A program made the position numbers and the translations under genes. The notes under the pieces are model-generated. The model did no database searches. It had not been told where the DNA came from and was given only the letters and a program-made list of their open reading frames with translations. Shown here piece after piece: positions 10,931-23,750 of a DNA stretch of 64,000 nucleotides. Within the stretch, counting starts at the first letter, position 1; the number at the start of each line of letters is the position of its first letter. Location: positions 13,454,001 to 13,518,000 of the forward strand of contig CM022676.1 in the NCBI GenBank assembly GCA_012295275.1. The letters are read 5' to 3'. Source of the DNA: Chrysomallon squamiferum. Lineage: Eukaryota; Animalia; Mollusca.

Positions 10931-13915
10931 TTCACAATCCTAATGGGTAAAAAATGTTATATTACAGCTGATTCACCTTTTTTTGTTTTCTTTTTTTTGT
11001 TTATCGTTTGCATTAACCAAAGCCTATCCTTTCTTTATCTCTTTCTTCTCATTTTTCATTTATTGATCTGCAACATCAAAAATCTGATGAGGCGGCATTT
11101 AAAAAAAAAAAACTTAAGGAGTTCATTAATTTTGTTTTAAAATGAAATTAACTGATTAGTTAAATGCGCTTTAGTGCAGAAATAACAAGAATTATGTTAA
11201 ATGAATTAATAAAGATCCTGAAAGTAACATGATAAAAGAAAATAACATGACTTGTATGACTTTCAGTTAAATATTTTATTTACTCATATCAAAATAATGT
11301 TTTGCTTTTATCATACCTCTGTCGTTTTCTTTGTTTTCAGTTTAATTGCTCTGTTTGGTCTTAATAACAACTGAATATTGGTTTTCTGAGTTTTCAGTAA
11401 CAGATTCCTCACTTGTACCTGGCTCAGGTTCGGCAATATTTGTTTCTTCAAAGAATGTGAAACAAATTTACGCTTATGTCATCTTATGTTGTATTTGTAT
11501 TTTATTACATTAGTTACATTAATAGAAGAGGAACAAAATTAAAAAATATAGAATCAAAAACTGACGATATGTGTACATCATTCAATGCTATTAATTTAGA
11601 TCACCAATAGTAATAAAATATAACAGAAAATTTAAACAAAATAAAAATATAATGAAACACAAAAATAAACAGCAGCAGTAATATCAACTGTAGAAATAGA
11701 ACAAATGTAACAATAGTAAAGCATTACTTTTATTATTCTAATTAAAGGGGCATGTAGTGAAAAATCATTTTTTATTTATGTTACAGAATTGAAAGATTTG
11801 AAATAATGTCCTTTTATTACATCATAAAAATAGTTTTGGTTTATTATTTTACGACAAATTTTTATTTTTACTTTTGTCTTTTTTTTAAATACCGTGCTAT
11901 TCAAATTGCTGGGCTTCATCATAAAACAAAAAAATTAATCTTTACTTAAATACTTCAAAAGAAAGTAATGTATATATATATATATGACATTTTATTTTTT
12001 ATTTAAAAAAAAGAAAAAAGACAACAACAAAAACACAGGAAAGTTATATAAAGGTCATATGAAAAGAAGAGATAATGTTTCCAAGATTTTCTTTCAGTCA
12101 TTTTAAAGTGTTTGTTTCTAAATATATACATTTCTAATTTGGAAAAGAAAAAAGACATGACACATTTATATGAAAAAGTAAATTTTGTCACTAGCATACC
12201 CCGTTAACAACATATAAATTTAGGCATTCATTAACTATTAGTTATTAATGGTCACATTTTCTTTAACACATATTCACAAATATAAACCAGATACTGGGTT
12301 ATTACTTAAATGACATGAAATTGTTGAAATGTTTTAATCTATTCAGTTTGTGATACATAAAACAATATTTATTATAATCAAACAGTTTTTTTGCTATTCA
12401 GTCATTCACATTAGGTATATTAACAACTAAACAATCAGATCAGAATGTAATATTTCTGTATTAAAGTCCGTAGAGTGGCTGAAATGTAAGACAATATTTT
12501 CAAGAATACAACGTTACACAAGATTGAAAAATAACACTAAATTATGTTAATAATGAATGTAACATAATAATATATTTACACTTATCTAGTTTTTGCCTCT
12601 TTTTGCAGCTGCAGCATTAGTTGTATGATAGATCATATTATCCATATTACCCATCTTAATCTCGGCCACACTTTGCTCCCTGAAATAACAGAGGCATAAA
12701 ATGAAACAACCAGTTGATGGTGTCAGCTTAAAACGTATGCATCTGCCTTCCTGTTATCAACAGTAACTGTACTTTTTTTCTTCTTCTATTTTTAATGTCT
12801 TTATATCATGTTTTTTTCAGGCTTCTTATACTTACGTTAAAATAACAGTCAATAAAATTACCGTAACATTTTCACAGGCAGGATCATCATTTCCACTGTA
12901 AGCAGCATTAACATATATATTATATTCTTTTCCAATTCCAACATTTTCGTAACTATCACCTAAATTAAAACACGTCTTAGGCAACAGTTGATGAGTTGGT
13001 TTCATAATTCCCCCACCCAAAAAACAATTACGTAACTGTAATGAAATGGAAAGATTATGTTTCAATTTTAAAATTTCACTTGACCAAATGTGAAAAAGAA
13101 TATCACTAATTAGAATAGAGTCATTATAAGACTTTTTTTTTAATTTTTAAATTTTTAATTATTTGCTATTGATAAATTCAAAATGATACCAGATGTTAAA
13201 TTCTCAAATATATTTACTCCTTGAAGACTGATGCAGTGGTCTTTTATCATCTGCAATATGGGAACAAAAACAAAAACATTTTAAAAGTGAAATAAATTAA
13301 AACTGAGAAAGTAACTTGAACAAATATTATTACCTGTAAAGTTGTATGGATATTAAATGGAAAATAGAGTTCAAGATTCACCTGTATTCATTCCTTGTAT
13401 AAATTCACTTTCTAATTATAAATTTATATTTTTTACTTACAAATAGAACATGTGTTTATTAATTTTTCTTTGCATACTAAGCACTTTTCAAAGTATTATA
13501 TGAAATTTTATTTAAACCTTTTTTTTTGGGGGGGGAATTTTGGTCTGAATGTTTGAAATCCAAATAAGCAGTTCAGTTATCTTTTAAGTTACTTATTTTA
13601 GTGGGGTTTTTTGTGAAGAAATAAAAAATATGATGTTAAATAAATGAATGAAAATATTGAGAGGCACATATGAAATAACATAACATCTGGCTGTTATGGT
13701 TTACAGTTAAATGTTTTATTTACTCATATCGAAGTAATTTTTTGTTTTTAACATACCTCTGTCTTTTTCTTTCTTGTCAGTAATATCACTCTGTTTACAT
13801 CTGTTCTTAACAACAACTGAATATTGGCTTTCTGGATTTTCCATCACATTTTTCTCACTTGTAACTGTCTCAGGTTGAGCAGTATTTGTTTCTTCAAAAA
13901 ATATGAATGAATGTA

Positions 13916-14704
13916 CAGTGATACTTAAGTTACGAGTGCACCAGCTTATGAGTTTTCTGAGTTACGAGCAGTCGCAGAGGTGATTTTTTGCTTTGAGTTG
14001 TGAGCCAAAATCTGAATTACGAGTGAGTTTCAGATACACCGCCGCTAGTTGGCGCAATGAACAACATAACATCGGCCCAGCATCCCGTGCCTCGCTCACT
14101 TGATTTATGTCGTTACCTCGCCATTGAAGCACCTCTATTATGCTTGTGTTTTATGCAGTATTTTGCCAAATTTCTGTTTTCTGACCATGAATCCTAAGAA
14201 AGTGAATGCAAAGGACATTGCTGAGAAGAAGAAATGGATGATGTCCATTGAATTAAAGCATGAAATAAACGAAAAACATGAGCGAGGTGTGCATGCAGTC
14301 AAAATGGCTAGGCAATACGAGCGTAGTACTACTATGATACATACCATACTAAAACAGAAGGAGTTGATAAAAGCTACAACTCCTGCTAAAGGTGTTAAAA
14401 TAATTTTAAAGCATCAGACCTATGTCATGAAAAGACTGAAAAACCCTAACCATGTACACTTTACAAAATCAATCTATTTCTTTACAGTCTCTTTTATTTT
14501 GTTTTTATACAATATGTGTCGTTTATACATGCATTTTTCTTATTTAAAAATATGTTACAAAAAAATGGAGTAGTTTTGGGGAGACTGGAACAGATTAATG
14601 GTATTTCAATAATTTGATTTTGGAAAATTGATTTGCTATATGAGCAAACTGAGTTACTAGCTGGGTCACAGAACAAATTAAACTCATAAGTCAAGGTACC
14701 ACTG
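13916..14704 (+). mobile_element. Internally deleted Tigger/pogo-family (Tc1/mariner superfamily) DNA transposon
   Basis: TA target duplications flank imperfect TIRs CAGTGATACTTAAGTTACGAG / CTCATAAGTCAAGGTACCACTG; ORF 14100-14573 includes a CENP-B-type N-terminal HTH-like fragment (MSIELKHEINEKHERGV...MARQYERS...IHTILKQK). Confidence 0.88.
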
Positions 14705-17392
14705 TATATATATTCTGTCATTTTAAATTTTGTTTTTATTTTATTAAATTAATTACATTGACAAAAGAGGAGAAAAATGAAAAATGACATCATTATAAAC
14801 TGAAAATATATGTACATCCTTCAATGCTATTAATATAGATCATTAACAGAACAAAAAATAAATAACAAAATATTTTAAAAAACTAATAACAGTGAAACTA
14901 AGAAAAGTAAGCAGCAATAACAGTTTTACATGTAGCACAAAAGTAACAATAGTAAAGTATTCCTTTTATTATTCTGATTGAGGGGGTGTGCGGTGAAAAT
15001 GAAAAATCAGTATTCTTTATGTTGCAGAATTGAAATGATTGAAATAATCCACATTTGTTATATTAAGAAACTAGTACTAGTTACTGTTTCTTTTTTTGTG
15101 ACAAATAGTTAATTTTATATTTGTTTTTTTTTAAATTTCATGAACATCTCCAACAGAAACCAATATATATAATTCAAACTGATGTTTGTCTACAAAATCA
15201 CGGAGAGAAATTAGTCTTCATGTAAATACTTCCAAAGAAATATTTAAAAGTTAATATGTTTTTCAAGTTGTGTAAAGTTTATATGAAATGAACAATGACT
15301 TTTTCCAAGACTTTCTTTTTGTCATTTTGTAGTGTTTGTTTCTAAATAAATATACATTTCAAATTTGGAATCTAGCACAAATAGTTATCATGCAGCATCT
15401 TCCCAAAATGTTAGCATAGTGTGAAAAATGATACATCTAAAAAAGAAAATTAAGTAAATGAAGCTTTATGAACCATATTTCCATTTATTATGGCTATAAT
15501 GATGATGTTCTTCTTCATTATTATGTAATCTGTTTATATGCATTTTCTTTACCAAACAAAACCCTGAAACATTTATCAGAAAAAGTACATGGTTAATGTA
15601 TGTAAATGGTTCTGTCAAAAATTAAAAACAGGTTTCTTATACAAATGTTGTCAGTTTTTGCCTAACATATCCCCTTAACAACATATACATTTAAGCATTC
15701 ATTAACTATTAGTTATCAACTCACATCTTTATCAGATACTCAAAAATATCAACCAGTTAGTGGATTACTGTTTAAATGATATAAGATTGTGAAAGTGTTT
15801 TGATCTATTTAGATCTGAAACATAAAATTATATTTGTTATAATCAAACACTGTTTGCTTGCCGTTCAGTCAACGACAGTATGTAAATTAACAAGTGAATA
15901 CTCAATGATGTAGTATTTTTGTATTAAATAAGGTTTTATAAAATCCTCTGTCATTAATAAGTGGGGCATTGTCCTTAGAGTGGCTGACATGTAAGCTTAA
16001 TTTTCAAGATTTAAAACAGCACTTAATAATGGCAGTAAAATAGCAATATAATTACACTCACCTGGTATTTGTACCTTCTTTGCAGCTGCAGCATTATCTG
16101 TGTGATAGATCACATTATCCTCTAAAACTTAATGAAAGAAACAAACAAAATGTGAAATAGAAAAAAAGAAGAAATATTTCTTTTGGAGGGACTCAGAATA
16201 TTTATAACCTACAGTTTATCATATACAATACTTAGGACACAGCTAATAAAAGAAGAAACGTGCTGTGTAACGAGCAGTTTATATATTCACCTTCCCATAA
16301 ACAGGAAAGAATGCAACACGTCTTTAATAAACTATCTGTGGAGCACAGAGAGGATAAATCCTGCAACCCGTTACATCTGTATCTGGTCTAAATATTACAA
16401 TTTAATTATAAACCACTTCTTATCATTAACATGTTGTTATGTGTCCAGTTTTTTCATATTAACAGAAAATGACATGCTACAATCTTTAAATTTGTTTCTA
16501 AATAATTATTTAGTCTGAAAATGCTTATATTACCAAAGAAAATAATTTTTTACTAAAACTAGATCTTTTGAAGATAAAAGTTTAATATATAAAATATTAT
16601 TCAAACTGATTAAGATATGAAATAACACACTCTTTACTTTCTTTTCTTAAATAGAATGTCAACTGTGAAAAGATTTGAAAAAGATCACCTGGCAACTGTA
16701 CATTCTTTACACCATTATTGATACGTTATGTTGCAGAACTGTTATTAGACAATAATATGTTTGAATGGCCTCCAAACTGTAAAAAAGATCTTCAAGTAGT
16801 GAATCACAAAGTGAATGATTTTTCTTCTGCTTCTTTTTATTTTTCTTCAAAAATTACTTATGACAAATGCAGTCGAAAAATATATTTTTTTTCCTTACTT
16901 ATTTCAATCACATTAATATAAGTAAGATATATATAAGTTAAAAAATAAATAAAATAAGAATAATAATAAAAACAAATAAAAACAAATATAAATAAAAAGA
17001 AAGAAGTTCAATTAACACTTTTAGAACTGAAAACGCAAGATTTTATGTTAAGTATAAACCATGCAGGTAATTTGCTTGGACAAAAAAGCAAAATTAAGTG
17101 TATTCAAATGTGAAATAAAATATGGAGTAATATGCCTCCAAATAAGTATATTTATTACTATGTGTGGAAATCTTATTACTGCATTTAACATAGTGTTTAT
17201 TATATTGATACATTTGTGTATGTCTCAGAAAAGATAGGGTGGTGGAAAGATACAATTAGTTTGATTAAAGAGGCAAATTGAAGGCTAACATTTCTTGACA
17301 TCATCCTTATTCGACCCTCCCTGAAAAAAAGAGAAGAATTAAAATCGATCTTGATTTTGCTGATATATGTACAGTTTAAATATATGAACAGA

Positions 17393-17423
<31 letters not shown>

Positions 17424-19125
17424 TACAAAAGTAATTTTAATTATTGTGGTTTGGAAAATGATTTAACTGATTTTCATCATATCTCAAAAATATTTAATTA
17501 CATTTACATTAAAAAAGTTTTATTTTTTAAAACACATGTATATACATAAAATGCAAGTACTTTGTAGTAGTTGAGTAATAATAAACATGGATCTTTTCTT
17601 AGTTTTGTCGAACCATTTTCCAAGTAAATATTATTTAGCAGAACTTAACAATGTGATCACTGACTTAATGCTTCTGTGTTCTTAGTTATTTTTACACCAT
17701 TAATACATATACATTTTTCAAACTGTTAATTACTGTGCTAATTATAAATTGCTGAGATCCAACTACTAAAAAATAAATTAAAAAATATGAAAATATCATA
17801 CATGTACAAATACCAAAGCCAATCTGAAATCAAAGGCTTGTTTCTCATTATTGCTGAAAAAATATAAAATCTTGACAGACATGTACAGACAGATGTACTA
17901 TTATTTTTCTTGTAACATGGATAACAAATGAAATTTTAAACCAGTAAACAAGTGTTTCTTAAATATTAATATTTACTCCAAAGATGCAAATTGGTCTAAT
18001 TAACAGCATGAGACAAAGACATATTAAATGCCTGAGTGCCAGAGGTGAATTCACAGATTATAAATAAAATGTTCTGATGTTTATACTCCATGTTTGACCC
18101 CTCGATCTCTGGCAACATATAAACTGACTAACTTGTATATTTATTAATGGTTTTCTGTTAATATGGAACAACAAATAAAATTTTAGATGTAGTTTACTTC
18201 ATCCAGGAACTGATATACTTTTTACTTTTTCATAGTTATTAGTCCTTATATCAACTTTTAGCCCAGTTTTAAGGAAAGAGTAAAATAATACTTATAACTG
18301 TGTAAAGAGGAAATGAAATTTCAAAACTGAGTTTATCAAATATCGTTAAAAAGGTATATCCATATATATACCAGATAAATACAGTTAAATATTACTTTCT
18401 TTACAATTAGGATTATTTAAAATTATATACTCTTTAAAAATATGTTCAACTAAATTATACAATACATTTTAGAACTGAGTAATAATCTATGAACCTGCCT
18501 AAACTTTTGCAACATGATACTGAATAGATGTTAACTTAGGTATTATATCACAGGCAATGCAAAAAAAATAAAAAAATAAAATAAAACTGAGCAAAATTCA
18601 ATATAAAATAAAATAACCGTCACACACATATTATAAGTTTATATATATATAAATATCAAGACATTTTATTTTCTATCAGTGTACTCAACATTTCTTAGAA
18701 CAAGGTTTGCCAATATTAACTGGAACGAACAGTGTCAAAATACAAGAACTGTGTTTCATTAAAGTATTTAGTGTTATATTTTCAGATTACTTTGGATCGT
18801 TTTTGTGGAGTGTGAAGTTATTTGTAGCCTGACACATAAATGTCTGACTGTTGTCTGTGTAGGACAGATTTTTGAACAGCCAGTAGGAGTTTGTGTGTGT
18901 GGAATCTTTCACTCCGTTATTAAACCAGACAGTCACAAATGGGACACTGCACGTCAGGTTTCTAATCTGACATTCTAACAACACAGCGAATGTTGAGTGT
19001 GTCTCCTTCATAAATCATTTGTCCTGTCTCGTATCCTCTTATTTCTGAAAACACAAATTTTACTAGTCAAAAATTACATTTAAAATTGTTATTATCTGTT
19101 TAATATCACATGAATAGTTTAAAAA

Positions 19126-19219
<94 letters not shown>

Positions 19220-20280
19220 TGGCTTGCATTTCAGTGCCAGAAATGTTGTTCACAAATCAGAATGTGAATCCTAAAGCAAACTGTATCCAAAACAGAATAA
19301 AAGTAAATACTCAAAATCTATTCATTATCATTACTGTGGTTGTTATTGTTAGAGTTATCGTTATTATTATTATAAAATAAACTATTTTTACAATGTACTA
19401 ACAAATCAAACTCAGTTTAGTTTTACTGCTTATCCAGCTTTCTGTGCCAGCAGGTGTTCCTAGAAAAGTGGTGTTACACACACAAGTTCCACTCTGTCCT
19501 GACTCTATGTAAGTATTTCGACACTCACCACTTGTAAAAGGAAAGTTTGGCGGATCTGTAAGTGAAAACTTCAATATTAAAAAAATATGTTAAATTTAAT
19601 AATTACCTGACTGTTGATTCTATCTGATTAACAAAAAAGTATGTATTTATGTATGTATTTAGATATATATATATATTAAACAATGACACAGATTACACTC
19701 CCTAAAGTCGGCATCAATGCATATCAAAACAAGGCCTGAGTTTCAAGTTCTCTCCCGTGACCTCCGTGTTCATCAAACGGAACACCCCGCTTATCGCTTC
19801 CCGAACTAGAACTTCAACTCACTTCATTTCTATCCCAAAGCCCATGATAGTTAACTGCGGTTGTCGGTTAAATCCACGGAATAGAAAAAAATAAAAATAA
19901 AAATAAAAAAGATTACAACGAAGGTATTCATTGGACAAATTTCCAAGCTGTGTTAATTTGTCACACAAAACAAGCCACATTAATGTAACTATTAAAATGT
20001 GTAAACAAACTTTAGAAATTCGTTATCGCCTATTTTGCTGTAATGGTCAGATGAACTTTAATTATTTGCATACATCGGTAGTTAAAGGCAGGTTATTTAC
20101 TGGTTTTAATTATTAATACATACTTATTTAATATTTGTTTCTATATATATATATATTATTCCGTTAATAAAATCTTTATTTAGTACACGCAATAGAAATG
20201 CATCTAAAGAAATACAGTTTCTTAGATAACCGGGTTTTACGTTAAACATAGACGATATTATCTATATTCGACACAAATAA

Positions 20281-20321
<41 letters not shown>

Positions 20322-20706
20322 ATAGTAGTAGTAGTAGTAGTAGTAGATGTATCAATAATAATAAGAAAAAGAAAAAAGAAGAAAAACTTTCTGGAGAAAT
20401 GTTGGAATTTTGCATCACTTTCAGCACTGATTGAATGTTTATTTCTTTTTAGCAGAAAGACACCACTAGTGTTGTTTTAAGTGAAAGTGGTCTTTATTAT
20501 AATTATTATTATTTCATGAAAAATTAACATATATTATTTTATTATTAGCTGTGTTATTCTGTTTTTAAAGTTACACAATGGTTAACTCAAAGTTTTATTG
20601 AAATTAACAATGGCAGAAGAAAACTAATTCGGTTTTAAATATCTACATTTTACATTATTATCAAACACAGAATACAGTTATTTCATTCGTCATGTTTTAT
20701 TCATGA

Positions 20707-20771
<65 letters not shown>

Positions 20772-21492
20772 AGATCTTAAATAATGGAAAGTAGAACTGT
20801 TTCATTTTGTAGACGAAAGTGAAGTTAGACCTGTGACTGGATATCTGTGATAATTATTTGAATTTTTCTCATGGTTTGATATAAAAACTGTAAGGTTGGA
20901 TTATTACCGAAGTTTTGAAAATGTTTTCTTTTCTTTTATTTAACTTAATATATAGGTACTAATGCATATTTTCCTTGTTAAGCCAGCAGATCCAGTCTAA
21001 TTATTCATCCACATTAGTTCTCAGCAATTTTCAACAATAACATATTAAAACAACACATCTAGAATAATAGCAGTACAAAATTTAGCTTGATTGTATCTTA
21101 CATTGAAACAAACATATATGATTATGTACTGTATAATTGTTCCCTACATCTTGTTTCTCTAAGTTAATTAAATCCTGACTTTAGATACAGTCTTAATGCT
21201 CTAATAAATAAATAAATAAATAACAACAACAACAGCAACAACAACAACAACAATAATAATAATAATAATAAATTAAAAAAGAAAATAGGCAAAAACAAAA
21301 GAAAACGAGTACTCTTTAGCAATTAACAGATTCTTAATTCACCCTATTAGCCTTGTAATTCTGCATTCGACGTTTCGAATAAATAAAAAAAGAAACGGAG
21401 AAATGTGAAACTGTTTTCTATAATTAATCTAATAATAATTAGAATAAATGTATGTATATATATATATATTTATATTTATCAGTTAAATCTGA

Positions 21493-21664
21493 TAAATTAA
21501 ACTCAAAGTTGTATTACTATATATTATATAATCTGCCTCTGAAATTTTATATATATATAATTTCACACTGTTTAGCTGAAGCTGGGTCTTCATAGTGCTA
21601 TTCATTCACTTGTAATAGAGGCAGATTATATAATATACAGTGATACAACTTTAAGTTAAATTTT
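21493..21664. repeat. Local inverted repeat, ~45 bp arms, ~75 bp spacer
   Basis: AAACTCAAAGTTGTATTACTATATATTATATAATCTGCCTCT (to 21540) vs AGAGGCAGATTATATAATATACAGTGATACAACTTTAAGTT (from 21617). Confidence 0.85.
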
Positions 21665-21873
21665 AACACAAAACCAGCCCTAATCAGCACAGAGATTGAA
21701 TGAACGTTTTCACTGCATCCTTTTTATCGGTAATTTCTAACATGTTTGTTTTAATGTATCAACAAATAGATGAAAAATATATAAATAAGTAAATAAATAA
21801 ATAATAGATCAACAAATAGATAAAAAATATATAAATAAGTAAATACATAAATAATAGATTGAAGGAAACTTAC

Positions 21874-21928
21874 CTGTGCTGTATCTAACAATTACGAGAG
21901 AAACAAGTAAATATCGCAACAGCGCCAT
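21874..21928 (-). pseudogene. Signal-peptide exon of gene B (MALLRYLLVSLVIVRYST-G)
   Basis: 55 nt from ATG to G|GTAAGT, paralogous to 33131-33185 and 42885-42939. Confidence 0.85.
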
Positions 21929-22015
21929 TGTGTATGCTGTGACTAAACTTGTTTCCTCCGAGTACACGAGCTGTACTTTATCTAGGTTAAGTTATTATGT
22001 CACATTTCTATGGCG
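21929..22015 (-). promoter_or_regulatory. Conserved 5' cassette upstream of the gene B ATG (shared with C and D)
   Basis: ~85 bp conserved block with AGATAA and an ETS-like purine run just upstream of the ATG; function is inferred. Confidence 0.5.
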
Positions 22016-23140
22016 CTGTCCAATTTTTATATATTTATTTCACTTTATTTATTATTTTTCAGATGATTTCCTTTTCAGTTATTTGTCAGTAATCATATCT
22101 TGAAAGTCACGACAAAACATTTATATTTATAAAACGAAAGAACATTTCTTGTCATAGGCTTTTCGCAGTCGATTAACTCAGCAAAGCGTATACGACACTT
22201 ATATCATTGAATTGTACAACTAATCTATAGCGGTCTACGTCTTCGCGTTTTTATGTCACCCACTTGAGAACCGGTCAGTAACTGAATATTTTATGCCTAA
22301 TTCATTGTCAAATCATGTGTTTTTCAAAAAACAAAAACAAAACATTTACACAATATTACTTATTAACCATCATTATTTTATCAGTTAAGTGTGGATATTT
22401 AAACTAAGACATTTAATAAACTGATATGTAGCAGAGAGAGAACAGAGAAGTAATAGAACTGCAAAATGTTATTTTCTTAATTATATGATTTTTTTTCTGG
22501 GATAAAAACCCGCTCTTCAAATTAAAGAGGATACATTCTGTGCTACAGATCACAACGTAAAGTAAAGTGAAATGTTAAATTATCTGAATCAAGTTAAACT
22601 TAGACAGTCAGCTTAAAATGGACAATTTTTATTACAGTAAATGTCAAATTCAAATGTCTCACTGCTAAAGATCTTCTGTGAAAATATCCGTTCCATTATT
22701 AATTTGAGCAAATGTTACAAATAAAAATATATAAGTTCATGAAACGAGGATGACATTACATGTTTTCATACAGATATTTTAGGGTATAAAATTATGTATT
22801 ACTAACGAAGTCCGATCTCCATAAACAATCACTCGTGTGGCTTTAATTAAGTTCAACATCATTTAACAAAGAAACACAACTAAATTATATTTAATATTAT
22901 TACATTGTCACTTTATTACAACTGTCTAACATAACTACATCATTTCATGAAATAGTTGTAAAGAATTAAGAAAAGAGAATAAATATATCAATGTTATGAT
23001 GAACAGTTAATTTTCTTACATCTGTTTTTACTAATTTATAGAAGTTTTAATAACTCTTGCGGAGACCGGACATACGAAACCGGAAGTTTATTCTACTTCC
23101 GTTTCTTGTTTCCTGACCTGCGCACAACTCACTCCCGTTC

Positions 23141-23422
23141 ACATTGTTTTCTTATTACAACACATTAATTATTGGCAAATAAGCTTTAGTTGTGGTGGAT
23201 TATTAAACTAAGTAAGACACGTAGGTATCACTAAAGGTGGCATTTATTGTATGTTCAGAAAATGATTAGGTATAGTGAAATAGAAAGATCAATCTCTTAA
23301 GATTCTCAATTAAATGATTTCCACTGAAACCAGAGTTTTATGTTATTTTTATCAAACGTGTTTGTTAAAATCTTTTTTCTCTGATAAGAATGAGTGACGG
23401 TTTAATAGTTACACTGTATATT

Positions 23423-23430
<8 letters not shown>
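23141..23430 (+). repeat. ~290 bp dispersed repeat, second copy at 46393-46764
   Basis: Shared GGCAAATAAGCTTTAGTTGTGGTGGATTATTAAACTAAGTAAGACAC ... GATAAGAATGAGTGACGGTTTAATAGTTACA. Confidence 0.85.
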
Positions 23431-23518
<88 letters not shown>

Positions 23519-23524
23519 TCTCTC
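23427..23524. repeat. (CT)n microsatellite just downstream of the gene C stop
   Basis: Direct reading; homologous position to 35073-35187 in gene D. Confidence 0.95.
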
Positions 23525-23578
23525 CCCTCATAGGCGTCCGAGAAATTTCATCTTTGCAACTTTTAGATGTTGAATCAA

Positions 23579-23716
23579 TTACACTGTATTTTCATATACA
23601 TTGCCTAGAAAGAAAAAAAAGAAAGAAATAAATAAAGAAAAAAAAAGAAAAAATACTTGAAATAACTACAGAAACTCTAGAAGCCATGATTTCTAACACT
23701 TTTTTCAAAAATATGC

Positions 23717-23750
<34 letters not shown>

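Larger units (their letters stand above)
9840..21928 (-). pseudogene. Gene B: decayed inverted paralogue of gene A (signal exon 21874-21928, fused Ig fragments 19403-19555 and ~18765-19044, no g or TM exon, tail exons 16062-16127, 13757-13891, 13218-13250, 12862-12959, duplicated tail copy 11317-11445)
   Basis: Reverse-complement homology to gene A introns and exons, in-frame stops, fused exons, truncated ITIM exon near 12645. Confidence 0.82.

Noticed and set aside
8000-11200. Short ORFs such as 8634-8882, 9560-9841 and 10644-10847
   Set aside because: Low-complexity, AT-rich or microsatellite-derived translations without domain motifs or consistent splice sites.
19680-19900. GC-richer patch in B intron 1
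   Set aside because: No ORF, tRNA fold or termini that I could recognise; probably a repeat fragment, unassignable by eye.
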